Assembly: GCA_036785375.1 (NCBI GenBank)
Contig: JAWMAR010000342.1
Span: forward strand, 1,674,001 to 1,738,000
DNA: 64,000 nucleotides
DNA from: Leucoraja ocellata
Taxonomy: Eukaryota
Reading direction: 5' to 3'
The position numbers and the translations under genes are program-made. The notes under the pieces are model-generated. The model was not told the DNA's origin and made no database searches. It worked only from the letters and a program-made list of their open reading frames with translations. Below are positions 1-13,781 of this stretch, in pieces; position 1 is the stretch's first letter, and each line of letters opens with the position of its first letter.

Positions 1-180
1 AATGCTGAAGATTTGTGCAGACCCTGGCTGGAGTATCCAAGGACATCTTCAGTCAGAGGTTCCCATATGCTTCAAAAGGGCATCTTAGGTACTGGTACCC
101 AAGAAAAGAAGGCTGAGCTGCCTTTGTGGCACTTGCATCCACCATGATGAAATGAAGTTCCTCAAGAGGTCGGTTATGTG
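1..180 (+). mobile_element. Rex1/Babar-like LINE RT fragment (degenerate)
   Basis: ctggctggagtatccaaggacatcttc...cagaggttccc...gcttcaaaagggcatc...ggtacccaag resembles the LAGVFxDIF...VPxCFK...PVPK region of these RTs. Confidence 0.6.
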
Positions 181-502
181 ACAATAAACTTGATGACTCC
201 TGCAACAGGGATATCATTCGTAGTTACAGAAAACACTGACTTTTTAATTGTAGAATTCTTTATCACTATCATAATTCTAACCTGCACTTTCACACCTATG
301 TTTGGGAGGCTTCTGAACTTTGGTTTGCATTGTGGTAATGCCCCATGGTATTTTTCTTGTGAATTCAGCGAGCTTATGTTTGTGGGGCTAACTTCTCAAG
401 TATATTTCTGCCATGAGCACAATAGAGAATTAAGGGGTGGGGTTAACACATCAAGGGAGTAAATAATGAATAATATTGTTCTTTGCAACTAAACCTGATA
501 AG

Positions 503-698
503 AAAGATAGACACAAAGTACTGGAGTAACTTGGTGGGTCAGGCAGCATCTCTGAAGAATATGGATAAGTGACATTTCAGATCAGGAACTTTCTTCAGAC
601 CTATCCATGTTCTCCAGAGATGCTGCCTGACTGCTGAGTTATTCCAGCACTTTGTGTCTATTTTTATAAACCAGTATCTGCAGTTTCTTGTTTCTACA
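503..698. mobile_element. Penelope-derived foldback short element with a degenerate hammerhead motif on the minus strand (569-600)
   Basis: Arm agatagacacaaagtactggagtaac..gtcaggcagcatctctg is inverted against cagagatgctgcctgac..gagttattccagcactttgtgtcta. Minus strand of the centre reads gtCTGAAGAaagttcctgatctGAAAtgtcac. Confidence 0.75.
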
Positions 699-1109
699 TT
701 ATAAAGAGAAAGCACAACATATTTCGTGTAGGGTCTTATGTTGGGAGCCCTAGCACCTCTGCACTTTTCTGAAACAATTGTGTTCTGGATGAAACTAAGC
801 AGAAATCTTTCACCTTCCATTGTGCTTTGAAGCAGATCCAATTCACAATCCAATTCAATGATTTTGAGTGGGAGGAACTTTCATTTCGCCCATAAGGTCC
901 CTCAATTTGCAATTCCAAAACTAAGTCTGCCTAAATTTCTCACTGACCAGAGTGCTATATAAAGTAGAAAAATAAAACAATAACCAAAATGATAATTGAA
1001 CCAGTGTTGAGATTGGACAGAGTAATGACAATGAAACCACACGGGGAGTTGTTGGGTTAGTTAATCAAGGGAGTAAATAATAAGTAATTTGCTTTTCAAC
1101 TAAACCTAA

Positions 1110-1360
1110 ACACTCATGTAGTCTTTGAGCTTGAAAAAGGCCCTTCGGCCTAATTTGTCCACATAGACCAAATTTTATAAAAGAACTGGTCCCATTTGCC
1201 TGTGAATGACCCAGATCACCCTAAACCTTTCCTAGCCATGCACCTGCCTAAATGTTTTTTCACCATAGTCATTGTGCCTGCCTCTACACAGCTTCCTCTG
1301 TCAGTTTGTACAATTTACACACAATACTTTATGTGAAGAAATTGCCCCTTTGGAAAGATT
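1110..1360 (-). mobile_element. CR1/HER1-like LINE 3' fragment
   Basis: ggcccttcggcctaat...cccatttgcctg...ctaaacctttccta...gcctctacacagcttcctctg matches the CR1 3' ends at 20348 and 9655. Confidence 0.65.
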
Positions 1361-1381
1361 TAAAAGAGATCACACAATAGC

Positions 1382-1495
1382 ATATGCTGGAATCAGGATC
1401 AGAAACAAATTGCTGGTGGAACCCAGCAAATCAAGCAGCATCTGTGAAGGAAAGGAGCCGCTAACATTTCAGATCAAGACTCTGCATCAGGACAT
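1382..1495 (-). mobile_element. Older Penelope-derived short repeat
   Basis: atgctggaatc...tgctggtggaacccagc..caagcagcatctgtg...aacatttcagatcaagactctgcatcagg; same layout as the other copies. Confidence 0.6.
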
Positions 1496-3414
1496 TTGTT
1501 GCTTTCTAACTCTGTCTCTCATTTTTAGACACATTGCTCTGTAGCATTTTCCAACCGATGCACCACCATCAGCTGTTTATCTCAACCTCGATTCCCTCTA
1601 CAACCTTTGCTTGCTTTCAAGTTTTTCTTCTTGTGGTGTCAGTTCTAATTTTTGTAGCTGCCTTCCCTACTTGGCAGTTTTACAAAAGCTGTTTTCCCTT
1701 TCACGTGCTTACTGCGGATGCCTTTATTGCTTCAGCAGCTGTGACAAGGAGAAATGAGCAAAAGCAATGAGAACACATCAAAAGGGGATGGGAAAGAAAG
1801 AACGCTGCAGAGTTTGAGTTTGTCCAAGTGGTTGAATGCTGCCTTACAGTCACAAAAGTAAACTAGCACTGACCATATCTGTTGCTTTATACTCTATCAA
1901 TCACAGTGTTCTGACTACTACTTGTTTAAGTACCAAGGAAAGAGAATGGTGCTTAGCTGCCAACCTTGGCACGGTAATAGAATTAAGTCTTTAGAGGCAG
2001 AATGAATGAGATGGATTACAAGTCCAATAAAACAGAGCAATGTGTTTATTTTCAAAGAGTAGGAATTATTAAAGCAGCTTATACATTTTTTATACATGAG
2101 GGTTGGCAGATTGAAGATGTCAGAGAAGTCAGCACAAGCCCACTGAGTGCTTCAATTTAAAAACTGAAAATATAACTTGGCTTCAGGTGTTTAATTTTAT
2201 TGATCTGGAGCCAAGCCAACAATCCTCCATCTCAGAAGCCAAAATAAATTTCCCTTCAAATTAAAGAAAGATGGCTTTGAGGCTCCAGTTTGCCTATCTT
2301 GGAATATGTACCCCATTTTTAGCATTCGGATCTTCCTTCCAAGACCTATGTTATAATTATCATCTTTTAACTCGTGAAATCTTTCCAAGCCATTACACAA
2401 GAGCAGGACGACCTTTATTTCTCATCAATTTTACTGTAAAACACCACATGAATTCAAAATCTTTAAACTAGTTTCCATCCACAACTTCCCATACCACAAA
2501 AAACGAGTTCAAGTTCTAAGGGCCTTAGCAGCTTTCACTGGAATAAAAATAATAACAAGATGTAACCCTTTTATGCCACACCATGTTTTGAAATTGCTAC
2601 CTTCTTTTACAAATCCCAGCATGTAGATTTCTTGCACAGAAGACAAATCCCTGGTAGTTGATTAAAATGGAATATTTTTAAAATGGTGCAGAGTAGTAAA
2701 AACAATTTAACCTGCACATATGCACAACAGATTAATCAAATATTTTATTTATAGAAGCAGTTGATGCTCAGATGAGTCATTCCCAATCCCATCATATTAC
2801 AGCTAATTTTATACAAATTATGTTCATTAATTTAAATCTTACCATGCAAAAGAAAGTGGCAAAAGGATTATGGTGGTAACAAAACAACAAAGAAATTGAG
2901 TCGGCCTTTTAAGTTGGTAAAAGGCACAGTCTGTGTCTCACACTAATCAATGGAAACCAGTGTGCATTCAATGCCATATTTTAATGATGACTTTTTAGCT
3001 CAGCATATTTATTTCAAATGTCATCTGTTGCAACAGTGAGCAATTTTGGCCTCTAGGGTTTAAAAGTCATGTAAGTTTTCCAGCTCGACTGAAAAAAAAA
3101 AAAACTTGTTCCAAATACTAAAGTCTCTTGTGATTCATAAGTGTGCCGACTTTCATATACTAGCCTTTGAGAATTTCTACAGCTGAAGAAGAGAAAATTA
3201 AGGGAAGTTAAAGCCATGAGTGATTTAAAGAGGGTCCCTCTAAACTCTCATACAATATACAACTTACACAAGGATCAACTTAAATGAATTTAACCTTGAA
3301 TTTCAGGAAGTGTACGTTTCTGCATCCTCCACATCCCAGCTCTTTCACACCTGACAGTATCTTCAACTAATTTTATTTAGAATTAAAATGGAACAATGTT
3401 TGACCTTTAGGAAA

Positions 3415-3535
3415 CTGGTGATGAAGGGCCTTCAATCTGAAATATTAACTCTTTCTAAAGATGCTGCCTGACCCGCTGAGTATTTCCAACATTTTCTGTC
3501 TTTATCTCATATTTCTAATATCTGCGCAGTTTTTC
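3415..3535 (+). mobile_element. Older Penelope-derived short repeat
   Basis: tgatgaagggcc..ctgaaatatt...agatgctgcctgacccgctgagtatttccaacattttctg. Confidence 0.65.
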
Positions 3536-3840
3536 TGGTCTCCATTTAATATTGATTCTGGTGCCGATGTAACATATGACCAGATTTTCCTTCCTGATAT
3601 TCGCATGTGGAGTGAGGTGGTAGTTGCCGACGATTTTCTGTCACACAGTCAAATTATCCACAGTCTCTTTAGTTCTTAAAAAGTCTCTTACCAGAGAAAA
3701 TATTGAAAAAGAAGCTATCACAGTGAGATTATTTCAAAGTAATAGGTCGCGAAGTGCTATCTAAATGGCTTAATCACGAGAAATTCAAAATCCTCTTCAT
3801 CAGGCCTTTAATAGCCAATGAACATTCATGAAAACATGTT

Positions 3841-3963
3841 TAAGAAGGAACTGCAAATGCTGGAAAATCGAAGACAAAAATGCTGAAGAAACTCAGCAGG
3901 GTGAGGCAGCACCTATGGAGCGAAGGAAATAGGCAATGTTTCGGGCCGAAACACTTCTACAGA
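3841..3963 (-). mobile_element. Penelope-derived short element flanked by a 14-bp direct repeat
   Basis: catgaaaacatgtt at 3827-3840 and 3964-3977; body taagaaggaactgcaaatgctgg...actcagc...ggcagcacc...tttcgggccgaaacacttctacaga. Confidence 0.8.
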
Positions 3964-6900
3964 CATGAAAACATGTTCATTTTGGGCTGTAGGCACCCTT
4001 AATTGCTTTTGAGCATGAGAGCTGGAATGTCTAAATCTTGCAATATTACAGCATGGGCCTTTTCACCGAGTAATGATGGCTGTATACATATTATAATTAT
4101 TCATATGTACCACAAACAACAATGGCACTGCCAATATGGATTGCATAATTGATTCTGCTTCTCTTTCCATTGGACCAGTTACAATTTATCATATAATTTA
4201 TCAAAATACAGACTGTTAGAAAACTGTGGTTAGTGCACAGTCAAATTTTGTCACTTGTAATTTATCAACATATGCATCAATGCAGTTTGTAGGCAAATAA
4301 CTGGTAGGCAAAGCTTGTAGAATGGGGTTGGTGAGCAATTCCAATGTTTAATGACAAGTGGCACTCTAGTTAATAATCTTTCTGTTTTCAAAGTAAATAA
4401 TACTATAACCAGATTTTTATGGCCATAGTAACTGAAATAGATATAAATTAGTTGTTAGCTTTTTTACTTCTGAGCTGTGAGTGTGAATTTAAAATCTGAC
4501 TAGAATTCAAGCACATAATCTAGGTACATCATCTACATCTATTGTGATTTGCCTGTTTAAACGTTGATGCTGTAATGCAAAGACTGCAATGTTGCCATTC
4601 TGAAAGGACCAAATCAGTGGCTCAATCGCACTTTTTATCTCAACTTACTTTGTGACCACTTTTTATACTGACAATATTATTTTGATTTTAATATGGCTAA
4701 GCTATATAAAAAATGTTCTGCCTCACCAGTTGATCTCTCAAACAATTGAAGACAATATTACAGTGGAAGAATACTTCCCAGGAGGCAGCATGCATGAAAC
4801 AGTAAACAATAATCTATTAAAAAAAATCGATGTAATGATGTGATATTTAAAGTCACTGAAAGAATAATTGAAAAGTAAATTTGTAAAATAAAATACACAA
4901 AAGGACATAGTGAGTTGCCCTGTTTTTTTCTGCACAAAGTCACAAGTGAGTCATAAGTTAACATTCTCATAAATAAGAGTCCTTGTTTGTTCCACATTTA
5001 AATATAGAATACATGGTGTGTTTGGCAGTGGGCTTGAGTATTGCACTCTGACCTATGAGTCCAGGATTCAAATTTACCTCAGAGTGGAAAATCTTTTCTG
5101 CCTTTAGCATAAGTGTTCCATCAAGAAAAGCAGACTGTCAGATTTCAAGCCAAATACCAGTAAACCCACAGAACCAACTGGCACAAAAATGATAACCACA
5201 CTCAAAACAACACAAAATAAACAGGACTTTGTGCTGCAACAGGCTCTGGCATTACTAACCTAAAAACCCTTGATGTTAATTTGGAAAAATAAAGTTTTCT
5301 CAGAATGATGAGCATCTTTCCCACCCCTTTAAAACACAAGAACGTAGATGTATGCAATGCCAATGTAATTACAGATGTCTGGTGCTCCCATAATGAAATT
5401 TCAATTTAAACATGACTAGGACTACAATTAATCACCAATGTAAATTTTCTGAATGTATATAAGTGAGTCAAATTGAAGTTTCAACTCACTTGGAATCAGC
5501 AGGTCTCTGCCAAAACTCCTTTCAGAACCTCCTTTGTGGTACTGTGATGTCATGCCGCCAGCTTCCTGCTGTACGCTAGCTGAAATAGCGGGAATCAATA
5601 CTTCAAGTACAGAACTTTTTTAAGCACTTATAAAAGTGGTACCAAACCAAGAGTATTCATATGATGACTTTAAAAAAAAAATCAACATTAACATGGAATT
5701 CCACTCAGATGTCTCACAACTAAAATTGATGCTATGGTAATTTGCTACATTTACATGGTTTCTGTAAAAACACAAAGACAACTTAAATCAAGGGGCCCAA
5801 TGTTCTAAGTGCAACTGTCTCATGGGATGATAAACAGTGTACAATGTTGGTTTGTGTGATGTTATTGTATTCATCAACTTACCTAACCTTGTGTAAATAG
5901 AACATTCATATTTAAGATACCGCATACTTTATATTTGGGAATCTAGGAAAGAGCATGGCCTATATATTGTTCCACTCACTAAACGTCTACAGGATGATGT
6001 ACTGGGGACCAGGCTGTGTTGTTGACCTCCTCTATCAATATTCTATTGCACATCTTTCATCTGCCATGATGGAGTATCTCAGGTGGGTCTTGGTATGCTG
6101 ATTCATAGAGAGCTTGGGCAGGGGGCAGGGTATGACAGTGGGGGTGCTTTCTGATTAAGTGAGATCATGTGGCAGGAGCTGATAAGAAGGGTTGAAGAAG
6201 GGGAAGAAGCAAGACCATGGTTGGTTGGTTGGTGGAATGGAGGTAAGCAGTTGCAATTGGTTGAGGATGTGTTAAGGTCGCCCTTGGTTGATAGTGGGAG
6301 TCAGTGTTTTAATTAGGTTGCAAATTGGCTTTAGGGGACCCAAAAGACAGTCGCAAGTCACTGGAGGGGAAAGGCTTCTTGTGGGAATGAGAAGCAAACA
6401 GAATCCCATGGGAGGATTCAAACAGATACAGACCTTTATGTTAAAATAAAGCGTCTTGATGACTTGTGAAGGATTGTTTCGGCATCAGTGGCCTATATAG
6501 TTCCTCAGACAGGATCTGAATAAAAACATCTCACAACAGAGGCTCATTGTGAAAGTGCGATCCAATTAACCTCACTCTCCTGTTCTTCTCCTAAAAATCT
6601 TTTACATACTTATTCATTTCCATTTTGAGATGTTGTTATTTAAAGTGAAGATTCAATTCCAGATTATAACAATAGGTTGCATTAACAACCATGCTCTTCA
6701 TTTGGCATAATTATGTTAATTAACATTCTTTATTTGTATTGGTATTTTTGGCTACCTTAAATCTGTGTACTCCTGCCAGTTTCTCCCTATCGACTGCATT
6801 AATTTGGAAGGCTTTTATTGAGTCTCCTTAAATGTCTCTCCTCTGAGACACTCCCAGCTGTCTCAGTGAAAAGTCATCAACCTGAAACATTAACCCTACT

Positions 6901-9654
6901 TCTTTGTCTACAGATAATGCCTGGCCTTCTGAGAGTTTCCCAATATCTTCCAATTTCTCCGTTTAATGGAAAACTCCCAGATTCTCCATTCTCTCCATAA
7001 AAATCATTCTGTTCTTTCCTGATACTTTTCTGGTAAATCTCCAGTGCTTGACATTGTTTAAGTATAAAACATTTTGTGACATCTTGTAGCTGCAACATGT
7101 TAGTAGAGAAATGCAAATTCCTTCTTGTCAGTTTTTCCATTTTCTTTACTGTGGTTAAGACACGAGACAAATAAACTGAAAAATAATGCCTCAAGAAATT
7201 AAAATAAGATCTTGAGAAGCAAATGATGAATTTCAAATCATCTAAAGATCTCAAAAAAACATTATTATGTTGATTTCTATTCCATTTTTATTCTTCCTTT
7301 CAACTCTTAACTTGCACAGTAACAGCAATATTTTGAAGATGAACAGGATCTTGAAACTAGCTAATCCCACTTTTTTCGAATGGAATAAACATAATGGGAG
7401 ATTGCATAGTGTTTGCGAGATCTAGATCTCCAAACACAAAGATTAATTATTCTCTTCCTGCCATTCAACTTTCTTGTAAAATTCCTGAAGTGCATCTTGC
7501 AGATCCTAGTCATTTGCAAAGTTCTCCATTGAATGTTAATTAACAAAATTATGCCAATTACTGTATGTGCTCTAATATATTTATGACTGTGTTATTGCAT
7601 AGTGCTTTTTAAAATGAGGTAAATGGCATACTGACTTCAATTGACCTGAAAACATTTTTCACTTTTCAACTGAGAAAGTAAAACTCCAATTAATATTGGT
7701 CTTAAATGCTTTAGTCACCTCTAGGTTAGATTTATTTGTGGTGAATGACTTGTTTTCATTTTAACAGAGAAGGAATTATTTTAAACATAACATGGAAAAA
7801 AAAGCTATCACATCATAAACAAATGGCAAGTCTATTGTGAAATATTATAATAATTATAAGTATTATAAATTATGCTAGGATTCATGGAACTTATATGTTT
7901 AATCGTCATCTCATAACAGTGTTAATTTATTTTCCAAATATTGTATCCTAATTTGTGTATATATATTGGCAGATCCTGCTTTCCTTCAATTTCAGTGAAA
8001 GTAGCACTAGATCTTACAGACCAAAATGTAGACAGAACCACTAAAATATCTTGTATTTAATATGTTGGATTTGGAAGTGTACATCAAAAGAAAGTATGGT
8101 TTATAATATATTTAAATTTAATCACACACAATTCACTACATTGGACCATGAAAAAAAGGATAGATTTTTCAAAAAATTCAAATAATGCTCCTTGAACAGG
8201 CATCGGTAACGTTGCATACATTTTATATATTGGGACTAAAACAAAAATAAGGTTTGACCTATGTATACAACTTTAAAACATTTATTCGGGGTTGCACAAT
8301 TACCATGTGTGGGCTACTTCACTTCCATGCCCAAGAGAATGGTAGCAGCAATGTCAAAAAATCATGGTTAAACTTTGATTAAATTATTTTAATATTTATC
8401 TCATGCGATATAATTAATACTAACATGCCTGAGTAAACATTTGGACATAAAACCTGGCTTTGCTTGAGAGGCATATTAAATATAAAATGTGTTTAAGTAT
8501 TTCCAATATCCTAAACAGGAAATGGGATTTCATGAATTTAGATCAACAATCTTACTGCATGGCATGTATATGTCCTGTGAAGTTCAATGAATCTACAGTC
8601 TAACATTAAAAATGATTTGGAATAATCTTCATTAGTAGCAGCTTGTGTGGTATTTAATCAAATTCCCCAAATCTGTTGAAAAGCATCTGGTACTGGAGCT
8701 CTGATTATGAATGGTTGATAGTTATGTATTGTGCTAATCTCACACTGCTGTCCATTTTCTGCCTGCTACTGCGCTGGCATCCATCCTTGAACAATAAGCA
8801 CTTTAACACAAGCTGGCTATCCATCAAAGAATACTCTATCACCGATCTGATTTAGTAGCAGGATATATTATTATGGATGCCGGTTTCCAGGAAATGATCA
8901 TTCCTGTGAAAAAGAGATATTTTTAACCCCTAATGTTCATAAGCTGTATTTTAAACCGTTGAAGAACAATATGAAAACAAGATTCCCTTTTCAAACTGGA
9001 TAACTACTCATGGATGAAGGCAGTCAAACCATTTCTCCCTTTGCCAATTAACTTATCATTACTAATATTGTTTTATATTCCATTGCTGTGGGAATGCAAT
9101 TCCAATTCATAAGCTAAATGAAAATTCAATGTGCCAATGGATTACCAACTGATCTATTCTTTCTATCAGCTCCCCATCAGCTTTTACAGCACAAGATCGG
9201 CCTCAAACAATGCAAGCAAGGCACTCCACCATCCCCAGAATGCTTCCACATTTATCAAGCAATTTATTAGTCACAAAAAATTGGGAGCTGCATAAATTTG
9301 AAGTGTTGCATCAACTTAAGGTGTTTTCTTGCCTGGGAGTGCTAAATTTACTTTAATGCAGTTTTAATATATGAAACAGAATTCTGCATTCAGACCTGAA
9401 GCACAGATCAAAACATACATCAAATAAACTATCTTATATAGATGGGATTAAGAAGTTATGCACACATAAAGTATGTGCTGTTATTACTGAGAGACCATCC
9501 TTCATTAAAATTTAGAACTAGACATTACATAGTTCCCTCTAAAATGCATCCGCATTGGGACCATATTTTATACTGTGTATTAAATGATATTCCACTGGCA
9601 TTCCACTCCCATCCATTAGACATGGCTCTATCTTGAAGACAGCTGGTGTATGAC

Positions 9655-10562
9655 ATTAGCTCAGGCCAGGCTATAGAGCAGAGGGATCTTTGAGTGTAGG
9701 TGCATGGTTCCTTGAAGGTGGATAGGATGGTCAAAAAGGCTTTTGGCACATCAGCACATCAGTCAGTATTGAATATAGAAGTTGGGAGGTCATGTTGCAG
9801 TTGTACTAGATGTTGGCGAGGCCGCATTGAGAGTATTGGCTTCAGTTCTGGGCTGCATTTTATAGGAAAGATGTTGTCCAGCTGGAAAGGGCACCGATAA
9901 GATTTACGAGGATGTTGCCAGGACTAAAGGGTTTGAGCTATACGGAGAGGTTGAGTAGGCTGGGACTCTATTCCTAGGTGTATGAGGGGTGATCTTATAG
10001 AGGTGTATAAAATCATGAGAGGAATAGATCGGGTAGATGCACAGAGTATTTAGTCCAGAGTAGGTGAATTGAGGACACAAGGGCATAGGTCTAAGATAAA
10101 GAGGAAAAGATTTTAAAGGAATCTGAGGGGTAACTTTTTCACACAAAAGGTGGTGGGGGTATGGAACATCCTTCCAGAGGAGGTAGTTGAGGCAGGTATT
10201 TAAGAAACAGTTAGACAGGTACATGGATATGACAGATATGGAGGGATATGGGCCAAACATGGGCAGGTGGGATTAGTGTAGCTTGGGACATGTTGGCCGG
10301 TGTGGGCAAGGTGGGCCAAGGGCCTGTTTCCATGCTGTATTGAGAGCAGGGGAGAGAAAATACTTTGCCTTCATCAGTGCACATGACAATAATAAACCAA
10401 TACCAATGTTTGTGTGAATTTAATTGTGTGTATGTCTGTAGGACATTGTCTTTGTTTGTATGGCTGTGTAAACAAAATTTCGTTTGAGTCTCACTGGGGC
10501 TCAAATGACAATAAATTTGTATTGTATTGTATTGTGTATTGTATTGTATCACTCTATGACTA
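9655..10562 (+). mobile_element. CR1/HER1-like LINE 3' part with other LINE 3' tails nested at 10345-10550
   Basis: RT C-terminal remnants (gttcagttctgg...aggaaagatgtt..ctggaaagg..agatttacgaggatgttgccagg) and 3' end gggccaagggcctgtttccatgctgtat; the nested segment ends in (tattg)n. Confidence 0.85.
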
Positions 10563-10659
10563 TAAAGAAAACATATACATATACCCAGTATAAGAGGCAG
10601 CAGTCATGGGGTGTGTAAAATGTTGCAAATGTTGATTTGGTATGAACATTTCCACAATG

Positions 10660-11480
10660 TGGCCAGGAAGTACTTCAAGAAACTGGTCATGGTGCACATT
10701 AACTCCAGCTCCCAGATAGCCTTGACCCAGTGCAGTCTGCCTATATTCACAACTGGTCCATGGTAGATGCCATCTCCCTGGCCCTACACTAATCGCTGGA
10801 ACATCTGGATAACAAGGACATCTTGGTAAGAATCCTATTTATTGACTATAGCTCTACCTGCAACACCATATGTTCAACCAAACCTATCTCCAAAACTCCT
10901 GAACCTAGGATCCCTTTGCCACCCTTGACATCCTGACCAATAGATCACAATCAGTGAAACATCCTCCACGATAATTATCAACACCGTTGCCCTACAATGA
11001 TGTGTCGTAAATATAATCCAGCCTAACACATAAACCAGCCATCACACCATTGATTATGTCTACACTTCACACTGCGTTGAAAAAGCAACTAACATTTATC
11101 ACCCCAATCATTCCCTCTTTTCTCCTCTTCCGTCGGGCAGATGATACAAAAGCATGAAAACACATGCCACCAGACTCAGGACAGCCTTATCCTTGCTGTT
11201 ATCAAACTACCGAACAATCCTCCCATAAGCTAGGTGATTCTTGATCTTCCAACCTACCTCATTGCGGATCTTAGTTTTTTTTCTCTGCAAATGTAATACT
11301 ATAATGCCGTAACTTCTACATTTTGTTTTTTTTTCTCTTTCCACTACCAGCTGTTTATGACTTGAATGTACTCATATATAGTATAATTTGACTGGACAGC
11401 ATGCAACCAAGTGTTTCACAATATATCAGTGCACATGACAATAATAAACCAATACCAATACCGATACCAATACCAATGAT
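10660..11480 (+). mobile_element. Rex1/Babar-like LINE, internally deleted
   Basis: cttgacccagtgcagtctgcctat...gatgccatctccctggccctacac...ctggataacaaggac...atttattgactatagctct (LDPxQxAY...FIDYSS); 3' end gacaataataaacc(aatacc)n. Confidence 0.8.
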
Positions 11481-11884
11481 GGCGATGATTCACGATCAGA
11501 ATTAATGTTGTCCTGCTCAACACAATCCTTCCTCAAACTGCCTGAAGAATAATTAGTCTCTGTCTAACCAGGAAACACAAATGGTAACAGAGTAGGTAGA
11601 AAAGGTGGTTTGGTAAGAATTTGGATTTTTTTTCCTTTATTGACCAGGGTACAATGCTCAAATTGTTTTCGACATGTTAAGACACAGTCAAAGTACAGAG
11701 TATAGTTCTGGTCACCGCATTGCAGCTATCCCTGGATAACAAATTGTTCTGTTTTTACAGATGTCCACAAGTTAATTTTCTATATCAGATGGAAAATACA
11801 TAAAACTAATTTGATATGGTAACCATATCTCCATGGTATTGAATGAAAGGCATTAAAAGCACACGAGACCAGATAAGAAAGAAC

Positions 11885-11950
11885 AATTACAAAAGAGGGA
11901 GAGGGAGAGGGAGAGGGACAGAGAGGGATAGAGAGAGACAGAGAGAAAAT
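11885..11950 (+). repeat. (GA)-rich simple repeat
   Basis: gagggagagggagagggagagggacagagagggatagagagagacagagag. Confidence 0.8.
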
Positions 11951-11954
11951 GAAA

Positions 11955-12090
11955 ATTATTATGTCCGTGCTCACGTGCCCCTGGAGAGGGAACACGCGGT
12001 GTCCACGGGGATGTATTGTAAACTCTGAATGTGTTTTAGATGTGATGTATTATAAGTTTTTTGCTGAATGAAGTCCTTGGGAAAAAAAAG
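11955..12090 (+). mobile_element. Tx1/L1-like ORF2 extreme 3' fragment with A-tail
   Basis: Encodes YVRAHVPLEREHAVSTG and ends in ...tgaatgaagtccttgggaaaaaaaa. Confidence 0.6.
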
Positions 12091-13736
12091 TGGAAATTAT
12101 TTTTGCCGTTCACAGGACAAATGTATGTACATACTGTATGTAGAAGGACTTTTGAATTTAACAATGATGTGAGAGCCTGTTTGTATGTAGGGGTGGTTTT
12201 AAGTCAGGATTTTGGAATCCAGGGACTGCCTGTACTGGATGAATAAGACAACATCAGAAAGGGTGTAACAGAAACTGTGTACAGCAATGCCACAACTTGG
12301 AACTTTTGACTACAAATGACTGCTTGAAACTAACTCATCATTTCACAGATGGCAAATTAACAATATAGCCAATAGTTTTCTAATTGTGGCAAATACTTCA
12401 TGCAGCTAAGAGAGAGAAGAAACATCTGCTGTCCGTCTCATTGAAACAAGGTCCACCTCAGATGGTAAAACAATGGATTATTCCCAGAATTGTGTTAGTA
12501 TGTGCTGTAATATTCACAACACACCAGTCCATGTCTCTGCTTTATTTGATTAATTTGGCTGACCCAGTTGGTTCCACATTAGTAATGTTGTTTCGAGACA
12601 AACTTTGACCCCTTTGTTCTTCCTTATCTTCATTAATTTAGGGATCTGCCAACTTCAAATGCAAGGAATTCAATGTTTTCTTAAAAAAATTACAATTGTT
12701 ACTTGCTGCAGATGAAATGGACCGGACTTTATAAGGCTATGATAAAATGTTTAAATCAATCAGGTACAGACACATTAAACGACACATTACTGACATTTGA
12801 TCCAAAATTGATCCATGTTAACTGTCAAAGCCTCAATTAAAGTTCCATTTGGCAATGCTAATATTGCTATTCAGAAGGCTAAGTATATTCTAACTGCAGT
12901 TGTTAACTCAAATCTTCCAATAAATAGGTTTTTGGAAAAGCTGATTTGTTAACTGGTTGCTATGGAACGGTTGAATCTATACAGGCATAATTAATTGATC
13001 GTCTATGTTATACACAAATATCCTAAGCAACATTTCAGTGATGAAGGAACTACAATTTTTGAGGTTGCTTAATTTGAGGCTGAAGATTTGGTTAGATTTT
13101 TGAGAAGAGAAGAAGCTCTCAGGGATACAGATGTTGCAGCAGTTTGTCAACCTACACCTCCATTAAAGCAGTACTCAGCAGAGCTGTGTTGCAGAAGGAT
13201 TGAACCCTCATCAGTGTACAAACTCTCAAGGACAAAAAATTTGATCTAAAAATGATGCATGAATCTTGGTAGAATGTGAAACAATTCAACGATCAAAAAA
13301 TGACCTCCAGCTCACAATGTATTATTGAAAATGATTCAGACACAGGACTAAAAATCACCCTGTCCAGCTTCTTTTTTCCTCATTTTCTATTATTCTGTCC
13401 TGATCCTGATATTGCTCCATGCCAGCTATGTGGCTCCAGGAGTCCTATTCCATCATAAAGCTTTTCTTTATGTGTGCCTAGGCAAAGAGCCATCAAAATA
13501 ACTGAGTAAAAGAGCATTGCAGCTGTGTCTAATCCCCCTTTCACCCATTTCCCACACGTCTGCACTTTCATCAGGAGTTGTAGCAGAGACTTTCACTAAT
13601 TTTCCTGCTCCCAAGCCCAGTGATCTTGAGGGAATTACTGCTGGCCTTGCTCTGATCAGTTAATGCTCCACAGTCAAGGAATCATGGGGATGACCTTCCT
13701 GATCAGTATGAAGTGACCAGAAACCCCTTTAACCTC

Positions 13737-13781
13737 ATTAGATGATCAACCTAAGAGGCAAAGTTAGGTTGATCATCTAAT
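13737..13781. repeat. Perfect 18-bp hairpin
   Basis: attagatgatcaacctaa-gaggcaaag-ttaggttgatcatctaat. Confidence 0.95.

Noticed and set aside
6877-7254. 125-aa minus-strand ORF containing KSIRKEQ, superficially like the RAR hinge (KIRKAHQE)
   Set aside because: No VRNDRNKKK or TFPSLCQLGKY context, and the ORF runs into a Penelope-derived repeat.
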